A stretch of 32,531 bases of DNA, from contig NC_068987.1 in the NCBI RefSeq assembly GCF_001194135.2, forward strand, positions 62,658,136 to 62,690,666, read 5' to 3'. The notes under the pieces are model-generated. The model ran no database searches and was not told where the DNA came from. It saw nothing but the letters and a program-made list of their open reading frames with translations. Source of the stretch: Octopus bimaculoides (taxonomy: Eukaryota). The translations under genes and the position numbers were made by a program. Shown here piece after piece: positions 23,652-32,531 of the stretch; the stretch's first letter is position 1, and each line of letters starts with the position of its first letter.

Positions 23652-25395
23652 CTGACTTTGGCCTGTTTGTGGTCATAGATGATCCCTGTACACATTGGTC
23701 GCAAGGATATCGTTGCAAAAGAATCTCTTTGATCGTTTAAGATTCTTCTGCTAACGCCTCACATGATGATTTTGAACATTAGTGGATAGACTTAAAAGAA
23801 TCAGTACCCAATACCTTTTATACATTACATATTTACCATACGTTTACACGAAGATGAGTGACTTCGAAGTCTGATGAAGGATCGCAGGTTGACGAGGGAT
23901 AGCAGGCAGGAACTTCGAAGACGCTCTCTTCTTGTAAAAGTATGATATACATAATTGAGTGTGTATGTAGGAATGCATACCTTTGCACACACACACACAC
24001 ACACACACAAATACACACACAGACACACATATGTGTATGTGTGTGTGCATAGATGGCTCGTTGGCTGTCTGGCTGTCTGGCTGGGTGGATGGATGGGTGG
24101 ATGGATTAATGTATGCAAACATACATAGGCATACGCGCACACACAAACTCACAATACAATATATATACATACACGTATGTATATATATATATANNNNNNN
24201 NNNNNNNNNNNNNNNNNNNNNNNNNNNNNNNNNNNNNNNNNNNNNNNNNNNNNNNNNNNNNNNNNNNNNNNNNNNNNNNNNNNNNNNNNNNNNNNNNNNN
24301 NNNNNNNNNNNNNNNNNNNNNNNNNNNNNNNNNNNNNNNNNNNNNNNNNNNNNNNNNNNNNNNNNNNNNNNNNNNNNNNNNNNNNNNNNNNNNNNNNNNN
24401 NNNNNNNNNNNNNNNNNNNNNNNNNNNNNNNNNNNNNNNNNNNNNNNNNNNNNNNNNNNNNNNNNNNNNNNNNNNNNNNNNNNNNNNNNNNNNNNNNNNN
24501 NNNNNNNNNNNNNNNNNNNNNNNNNNNNNNNNNNNNNNNNNNNNNNNNNNNNNNNNNNNNNNNNNNNNNNNNNNNNNNNNNNNNNNNNNNNNNNNNNNNN
24601 NNNNNNNNNNNNNNNNNNNNNNNNNNNNNNNNNNNNNNNNNNNNNNNNNNNNNNNNNNNNNNNNNNNNNNNNNNNNNNNNNNNNNNNNNNNNNNNNNNNN
24701 NNNNNNNAAGGACGGGGGAAAAACGGAGAACTAGTACGCAAATGCAAATTGACAACAGGTGTCTTTCGACTAAGGACGAAATGAATTAAGCTGGCGTGTG
24801 TGAAAGTGAAGCTTTACGGCAAGGACATAAGAGATGAGGCATGGGGAGGAATATAGATGTGGCACCGATGGTAGTCGAACCAAGAAAGAAAGGTCAGACT
24901 TGGCCGAACACCGGTCAAGTTTAGAGAGAGGAGAGAGGTAGAGGCAGAGGGATAGAAGAATTAGGGAGGGACGTGAAAAAAAGAAAAGGGACAGAGTGAA
25001 GTGAAAGAGGAGGGAAGGTGAGAATAAAGAGAAAGCCAGGAAATGTGAGAGAGGGGAACGAAAGAAAGAAGAGTGGAAAGAACGAAATAAGTGTGAAGGG
25101 ACTGATAGAAATAAAGAAAGAAAGAATAAGGTATTCGTACAAAATTTAGATATATATATGTACTTACATATAGGAGACCAAAGTGTATGTATGTGTGAGT
25201 TTGACGATATATATATATATATATAGTTGAAATTTATAGAATAACAAAAGACAAAGACAGGTGTATGAACAACAAGCAGGTGTATTAGCCTACGCTCTTC
25301 AACAGAAAGGAATAAGAGAAAATAAACAGAGAAAGAATTTTTAAAAATTGTAGATTTAGCGGTCAAGCATGGCGAATATATATATCCCATTGTGC

Positions 25396-25452
<57 letters not shown>

Positions 25453-25560
25453 TGTGTTTAAAATCTTAGGAAATAATAAGTATTCTAGGTTATCAGGGCA
25501 TTTACTATTGCAATGTAAGCAGTATCATTTATATATTCTATACTATTTTTGGTATATCCC

Positions 25561-25624
<64 letters not shown>

Positions 25625-26385
25625 TATTATTACAAATTTGGGATTTTACCAATAGAACTGCAACTCCTATTTCAGGATAACCTTATTGTATGAAATACAC
25701 ATAGAAAGTTATATCCAATAAAATAGTATAAGCATTTAAAAAAAAAACTACTACAAAATACAATAAAATTATTTGAAAAATATTTGAAAAAATCTATATA
25801 ACTTAACTGTTATTATTCTGTGGGGAAAGAAGATATTTTTAATCAACGCTACACGTGTTTCTGCGCTGGTGGGGAGTTTATAAAGGCTATACCTAATACA
25901 TAAATCCACCAGTGTGTCCTCAGGCTATTTATCTTATTGTTATTACTATTAACGGATCAAAGTTAAAAATACGTACTATAAGTCATATTAAATAGAAAAA
26001 TAAGAATATGAATACAAATATAATAAAATAAAAATGTATAAACTACAAATATATTTTTTTCTAAATTAAAATATTAAACAATTTTTTTTAATTTTTTAAA
26101 TTAAAAAAATAAACACCTAGAATTACAATACCGATATATATAGAAAATGCTAAACTTAAAGAATGAGGAGTAAACATTATGTCGATAAGTATTCTTCCTT
26201 TGTTAATTTTTTAATAGATTTTTTACTAGTTTTATTCAATAAATTTATAATGTATATAGTGGTTTTTACTAAATAATCTTTTTAAATACTATTAACTTAC
26301 GTTTGACATAAAAAGTAGTAATTTATACTTGTATAGATAGGGGTAAATCTTACACTAAATTATTAATTCTCGTAATGTTTATATA

Positions 26386-27563
26386 TTGGGTTGGCAACTC
26401 AGTTCCCGCCGTTTTTTTTTAATTTTGGAATTTATTGCGTTTTTAAGTTTTGGAATCTATTTTTTCCGAAAATTCTATTTTTGAATAATTTTGGAATCTA
26501 TGTTGTTGTCGTTTTTTTTTCTAGTTAATTTTAGTTAATTTTTGTTTATTTNNNNNNNNNNNNNNNNNNNNNNNNNNNNNNNNNNNNNNNNNNNNNNNNN
26601 NNNNNNNNNNNNNNNNNNNNNNNNNNNNNNNNNNNNNNNNNNNNNNNNNNNNNNNNNNNNNNNNNNNNNNNNNNNNNNNNNNNNNNNNNNNNNNNNNNNN
26701 NNNNNNNNNNNNNNNNNNNNNNNNNNNNNNNNNNNNNNNNNNNNNNNNNNNNNNNNNNNNNNNNNNNNNNNNNNNNNNNNNNNNNNNNNNNNNNNNNNNN
26801 NNNNNNNNNNNNNNNNNNNNNNNNNNNNNNNNNNNNNNNNNNNNNNNNNNNNNNNNNNNNNNNNNNNNNNNNNNNNNNNNNNNNNNNNNNNNNNNNNNNN
26901 NNNNNNNNNNNNNNNNNNNNNNNNNNNNNNNNNNNNNNNNNNNNNNNNNNNNNNNNNNNNNNNNNNNNNNNNNNNNNNNNNNNNNNNNNNNNNNNNNNNN
27001 NNNNNNNNNNNNNNNNNNNNNNNNNNNNNNNNNNNNNNNNNNNNNNNNNNNNNNNNNNNNNNNNNNNNNNNNNNNNNNNNNNNNNNNNNNNNNNNNNNNN
27101 NNNNNNNNNNNNNNNNNNNNNNNNNNNNNNNNNNNNNNNNNNNNNNNNNNNNNNNNNNNNNNNNNNNNNNNNNNNNNNNNNNNNNNNNNNNNNNNNNNNN
27201 NNNNNNNNNNNNNNCAATATGACCAAAGAAGCCATTCAAACGCATGGCTGGGAAGTGCTGCCACACCCGCCGTACTCTCCTAATTTGGCACCAACGGATT
27301 TCCACCTATTTCCATCTCTTTCAAATTCTATGCGCGAAGTTTCGTTCAATACTGATGCAGAATTGAGGGCTTGGTTGGATCAATTTTTCGAGTAGAAATC
27401 GGGTGATTTCTACCAACGAGGTATTGAAAATCTTGTTGAACGTTGGGAAGAAGTTGTAAACAACAAGGGTGAATACATTATTGATTAATCAGTTGCTATT
27501 TTTTATTAAACCTTTTAAAAAATTTAAATTTTAAAAACCGTGGGAACTTAGTTGCCAACCCAA
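26386..27563 (+). mobile_element. Mariner (Tc1/mariner) transposon nested in the foldback spacer
   Basis: TIRs TTGGGTTGGCAACTCAGTTCCCGCCGTTTTT (from 26386) and the near-identical reverse complement ending at 27563. TA TSDs lie at 26384-26385 and 27564-27565. The centre (26552-27214) is N. Confidence 0.92.
27216..27488 (+). pseudogene. Mariner transposase C-terminus with a premature stop
   Basis: NMTKEAIQTHGWEVLPHPPYSPNLAPTDFHLFPSL...FFE*KSGDFYQRGIENLVERWEEVVNNKGEYIID*. It carries the YSPDLAPxD-type motif, and an in-frame TAG at 27393-27395. Confidence 0.9.
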
Positions 27564-28899
27564 TAGATAGGTTGCAGGATTTGATGTGTTTATAATATAG
27601 TCGTTGAGGGTTTCCTTAGGTTTAGCATTTTCTATATATATCGGTATTGTAGTTTTAGGTGTTTAATATTTTTATTTTTTTTATTTTTTTTTTTTAATAT
27701 ATTTGTAATTTATATATTTTTATTATATTTTTATCTTATTATGTTTGTATTCATATTCTTAATTTTCTATTTAATATGACTTATAATATGTATTTTTAAC
27801 TCTGATCCGTTAATAATAATAACAATAAGATAAATAGCCTGAGGACGCACTGGTGGATTTATGTATTAGGTATAGCCTTTATAAATTCCCCACCAGCGCA
27901 GAAATACGTGTAGCGTTGATTATTAATATCTTCTTTCCCCACAGAATAATAACAGGTAAGTTATATAGATTTTTTCAAATATTTTTCAAATAATTTTATT
28001 GTTTTTATAGTAGGTTTTTTAAATGCTTATACTGTTTTATTTGATATAACTTTCTATGTGTATTTCATACAATAAGGTTATCCTGAAATAGGAGTTGCAG
28101 TTCTATTGGTAAAATCCCAAATTTGTAATAGTATGCGTGTGCGTGTGTGTGTGTAATGGAATATACCAAAAATAGTATAGAATATATAGACGTTAAGAAG
28201 GCATAAAAAAGGGAGGAAGCGTTGGCAAGATGAGAAATACCGGAATCAGTGGGAGTAAGGGAGTGATATTTGTTTACAAGTTTATGTGAGATGTGAAAGG
28301 GAAGTAGCGGAAGAACTGAAAGGGATAAAGGCGACGATAAAGATGTAAAGGAAGAAACAATAAAAGATTAAAAGTTTTAAAGGATTGAGTATTTTAAAAG
28401 ATTGAGTAAAGGATTGGGGAAATGAAAAGGGGTAAAATGGTAGGATGGAAAATGGAAAATGATGGTACAATTCTGTGGGAATAGATAAGCTCATTGTTGG
28501 AGTGTTCTGTAAGTCCTTTTGCTATGTTGTATGGCGTATTGCTGTCTTTGGTATAGTGACAGTGGTAGTTGCAGTTATAGTTCCAGTATTCCATTGTTTC
28601 TTGATACGTTTACTAAATATCTCACATCTTGTATTTGAGTATATGTTGGATGTGTGTACGAGAGGATACTGTAAAGTTCCTGACTTCAGATAAAACAAAA
28701 TACACGAGGATCAGATAGTTATGATTTTACTCAACATATTCTCCTTTCAGATTCACACACAGTCCTTCAGTTTTTCTAAGCCCCGTGAAAGAACCCGGAA
28801 GGTTGGGCCTCCAACCAGGCCTTTCGTGATACCCGGAAAACCAGGAACTTTTCAGTATCCCCTTGCAGAGAATGAGACTCTTCACAGCTTTGCAAATAC

Positions 28900-30130
28900 A
28901 TTATTCTTTATTCGCATTTTTTTACATAATTCAGACCCTTTTGATATTCTCTACTTTATAATTGTCACTATCTCTTAATACTCAGAAGCGAATTTATACG
29001 AGTAGGTTTGTGCTTTCTTTCCAGTATATCAAAACGTAGTAGTGTGGTTGAAATTGCCTTTTTTCATGCCACCTATATACCGATTTTGTTCAGTATTGGT
29101 GGTAGGTCCACTGGAGATAACTTCAGCTTCGTATACAACTGCTTGTACGTTGCAGAATATGTTTAATAGTCATATGGTCGAGTTTCTGAAGTGGCATGGG
29201 ATTTCGATATTGTTCCTCAGGGTTCATGTTTGGAGTTTTTTTTATGTTAGTGGTTGAACTGAAACAGATGGTTAAGTCATCTTAGTTAGATATATTTCTG
29301 TATTTGTGGCGTGTAGAGAGGGATTTATCTACTAATGCTAAAATGTTTTCGTTATGCTTGACATACCGTTAATTGAAAATAAGTATGTAAACTATAAAAT
29401 CACACACCTTCATTCTATGATTTATTTTTATGGAGTATATTGGATGTGTCAGCTTCTCTTTGAATCTGCTTGCTTCTAAGGCCGTTTCGTAGAATGGTAC
29501 GGCGTTACGAATATTTCCCTCTTGGATGGGAAACTAGATAGTCTTCTAGTCATATTATTTACTAGAGCTTTTAATGGTGCTTCTGCATGGCAAGATCATT
29601 TGCTCGTGTAAATTTGTTTTAATTATATTGTCAAAGGGTATATAATGGTTGATATAATGGCTGATAGCTAAGGTAGGTTAGCATCAAAGAAATCTCGATT
29701 AGTGAAAGTGCTATATGCCTGAAAGTGTTAAATGTTTACATTATTTCTTTCCTAAGTTTATCTAAGATATGTATGTTTATATCTCTAAATATAGCTTGAC
29801 TGTCGTCTCTACAAACTCTAAGTCTGCCGATCGAATTTTTTGGTGAATGTGTCCAAGATGCGTTGTCGCATAATGTCGCATAGATCTGCACTGTCATATG
29901 CATACATATTAACATAAAAGACGCCTTCTGACTCGGATTTCTTTGACTTGATAGTGTTTTTATCTAAAACTAAGTCTTTCTTGCGTGGGAATTAGTTTCT
30001 ATTTCTTTCCTTTCTATGATGCTTATAGTTCATAGCAAATTTTAATGCGCTAGTGTGTAGATTCTTTTCCACCTTTATAATTTTTCATTATTAGTTTTTG
30101 ACATTATATTCACTCACTTTCTGTTTCATT
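28900..30130 (-). mobile_element. Penelope-like retroelement remnant (RT plus GIY-YIG), a different subfamily from 4400-5460
   Basis: Minus-strand peptides in order: YDSADLCDI (29872-29898, compare YDGAE.CEL), VCRDDS (~29799-29816, compare YRDDG), NMTRRLSS, NAVPFYETAL (29477-29506), AVVYEAEV (29119-29142), YIG (29071-29079), then NH..TF. It may extend to ~28470. Confidence 0.8.
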
Positions 30131-30474
30131 CTTTACATCTTTATCATTCGTCCCTAACTTTACCCTAATCGGACACAGACTGTGTTTCGTTGGACAGCTG
30201 GTGGAGATGTCTTCCTGGAGCTAAAAACAACAGTAGCACCGTCCTCTATAGGACCGCCACATTTTGTTGGCAAATATATAAAATTAATAATCTTTAATGT
30301 AATAAAATCTTTTCTTTTTCTCAAATATTGTGATTGCATCAAAAATTGTTTCTAATACATTTATTTATGTATGTGCGTGTAAGTATATGTAAGTAGGCAC
30401 ATATGCAAATTTGTGCACACGTATCTAATATCTTTGCATGCTTAAGAATTTTATATTTCATTCTTTTCTTGCAG

Positions 30475-30822
30475 GTGATGTATGCCAGATACGGCCGTGC
30501 TGCCCACGCAGTTTTTTGCGTTTTTGCTTTAATGACAAATCTGATCATCACAATTGGTGTTATTTTGGCTGGTCAAGCAACAATCAAGTCTCTGACGAAG
30601 GATGCTTCTGATGAGTTTTCAGTAATCATCATGGCTACACTGTTTGGTTCTTACTCTCTCATAGGAGGGCTAGGTACAACATTCTACGTATCCTACTTTA
30701 ACGCCTGCCTGGTCTTCGTGCTGCTTATCATATTTGTAGCGAAGATCTTCTTTGTGAGTGATGAAAGATATTCGGCCATCGGTAGCATGGAGACTATGTA
30801 TGATGCAATCATATGCTTAAAG
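30475..30822 (+). CDS. DUR3: Next coding exon of the DUR3-like transporter: VMYARYGRAAHAVFCVFALMTNL...GSYSLIGGLGTTFYVSYFN...AIICLK
   Basis: Acceptor ttcttttcttgcAG (30473-30474) and donor GTAAGA (30823). The exon is 348 nt (116 codons), phase 0-0, inside ORF 30403-30876. It encodes several hydrophobic helices with DUR3/SSS motifs (ARxG..H..F..F...TN; Y...GGL..TF..SY). It joins the previous exon in frame as TYLQ|VMYARYG. Confidence 0.92.
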
Positions 30823-30869
30823 GTAAGATCCTCTCCGTTTTTATTTGCTTGTGAGGCTTTCAGTAAATG

Positions 30870-31640
30870 TTTATAATTATAAATGTTTTAATTTTCAGCC
30901 ATTCAATCATGATTTGATTTTTTAGATCATGTAGCTCTGTTGGGTCATTTTCTGTGTGACTTTCTTCATCTATTTGATTTTCATCTGCCTTCGTGTTTAT
31001 GGTTAGTTCAGAGAGTATTTCACTTTGCTTATCAGTTACATTAACTCTTTCAATCATTTTGCATTTTTATCAGCCCTGGGCTGGTCTATAATTATTTCCT
31101 CTGTAGTATCTTCTTTAACAGAAACTTCGTTCCTTTCATTCATTACTGATCGTTTAATTTGGTCAATCTCTAATTCAGTTAGTAATTTCTTTTTCATAAT
31201 GTTTCTTCTGGCGTTGGCAAGTTTGTTACTGTCTATGTAGGGTCTTACTTCACGGTGTTTCTGTCTCCAGTTTAAGTAGGTTTCTACAGTATTAAATCTA
31301 TTTGTGGGGAAATATGTAGCATGATAGAAGGCCGTAAGAACTTCTTTATCTTCCCTAGATCATTTTTCATTCTTTTGCTTTTATTTATTTGATGATGAGC
31401 CTGGATGGCCATCTGTTGGAATATTCCGGTTGTGAGGTACTTCTATCTCCTGTGTTTCGGGAAGATTTGAACCAGTAGCTGATTTTTCGTAATAAATCTG
31501 GTTCATCATTCGACTACACGATCCTTGGTGTTCCGGGTAATGACCGATTCGGTTTGTATTTTGCTTTGTTATCATTGAGACATGGCGAGCTTAGACGTTG
31601 GCATTAGGGGATGGATCTGACTGTTTAGGGTTAATTTTTT
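30870..31640 (-). mobile_element. R4/Dong-type LINE 5' fragment (N-terminal domain of the ORF)
   Basis: The minus strand encodes K*SREDKEVLTAFYHA...TYLNWRQKHREVRPYIDSNKLANARRNIMKKKLLTELEIDQIK, matching my recollection of the R4/Dong N-terminal KW.REE...Y / D.NKLAN.RR.I motif. It is continuous with ORFs 31381-31575 and 30860-31057. Confidence 0.7.
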
Positions 31641-32234
31641 GAGACAACACCGCAGAGAACTTGGAGGCGGAGTAGCTTCTTAAGGCTAACAGATCTGCAT
31701 TCGTCTGTTTTTTTTTTTTGTTGATAGAGTTCTCTCTGGGCATAGTTTTTTTGTGGTGTTTTTAAACTTATAAATTGTTCACTCTGTATTAGTTCGAAAA
31801 ATAAATTTTTACTGTTTTTACTTCGTTTGTGACACGCGTTTTCATATGCATGTATATGTGTCCTGTAAATTTCAAGTAGTTCTGTAAACATTGGGATGTA
31901 TATGTAGTCCTATGGGTATTAAAATGTATATAAAACTGTGTAGACATTCGAGTGTATGCGTAATTACTCAATTTATGTACTTACTGTTTTGTTCCATTTA
32001 TATTCTATAATTTGTATTGATTTCGCGTGTTTCGCATATGTTCCACTGACACATCGTGCATAGGAGAAACTGTGCTTTGTATGGCAGTAAAATTTCGTTT
32101 TTTTTAGATTATTTTCGTTAAAAGACGGCTTCCTTCAAGTCTTCCACAGGTTCCTTTATCCCATTCCACCGATGCTATTAGATTAGATTTGTCTTTGACT
32201 GGAGAGCCCGGTGTAGCACATCCATGTTGTTATT

Positions 32235-32531
<297 letters not shown>

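Larger units (their letters stand above)
25530..28188. mobile_element. Foldback-like element with ~600-bp inverted arms (25530-26159 and 27616-28188)
   Basis: The arms align by eye along their whole length (e.g. caaatttgggattttaccaatagaactgcaactcctatttcaggataacc and gctggtgggga.tttataaaggctatacctaatacataaatccaccagtg) with scattered substitutions. Each arm carries a (CA)/(TG) run of different length, and both outer ends lie in TATA context. Confidence 0.85.

Noticed and set aside
23640-23945. Possible RTE-type LINE 3' remnant (CEALAE, CxxC) and ctgatgaag
   Set aside because: The similarity is too weak, and the hammerhead-like heptamer lacks a downstream GAAA/GUH arrangement.
25205-25310. Segment resembling a Penelope-type terminal repeat (minus strand ctgttgaagagcgtagg)
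   Set aside because: The GAAA half of a hammerhead is absent in this copy, so neither a ribozyme nor a family assignment can be supported.
24770-25390. 206-aa S/L/F-rich minus-strand ORF
   Set aside because: It is the translation of a GA-rich low-complexity tract.
21357-27305. Long ORFs of 200-337 aa in the ORF track
   Set aside because: They consist almost entirely of X from N gaps plus microsatellite translations, so they are not evidence of coding sequence.
28753-28980. Acceptor-like ttctcctttcAG within ORF 28721-28978
   Set aside because: The flanking real exons already join without missing residues, and the peptide has no transporter similarity.

Overview
AT-rich, microsatellite-dense eukaryotic genomic DNA from a draft assembly with 8 N-gaps, most of them next to microsatellites. 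The repeat families look like those of octopus/coleoid cephalopod genomes; this is inferred from sequence resemblance, not from a search. The only host gene I can support is a + strand DUR3-like urea/solute transporter of the sodium:solute symporter (SSS) family. It has two firm phase-0 exons (8953-9069 and 30475-30822) that splice seamlessly across a 21,405-bp intron, plus a candidate 51-nt upstream exon (4200-4250). The gene runs off both ends of the window. Everything else is intronic and consists of decayed mobile DNA: Tigger/pogo and mariner transposons, two Penelope-like remnants, R4/Dong and CR1/L2-like LINE fragments, at least four tRNA-derived SINE families, a Helitron-like tandem, a ~600-bp-arm foldback element and a degenerate minimal hammerhead motif. 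Nearly all ORF-track entries are microsatellite or N-gap artefacts. I see no rRNA, true tRNA or CRISPR, and no convincing new multi-gene system. The most unusual structures are repeat architectures: a head-to-tail SINE array, a foldback with a nested mariner, and a hammerhead-like motif.
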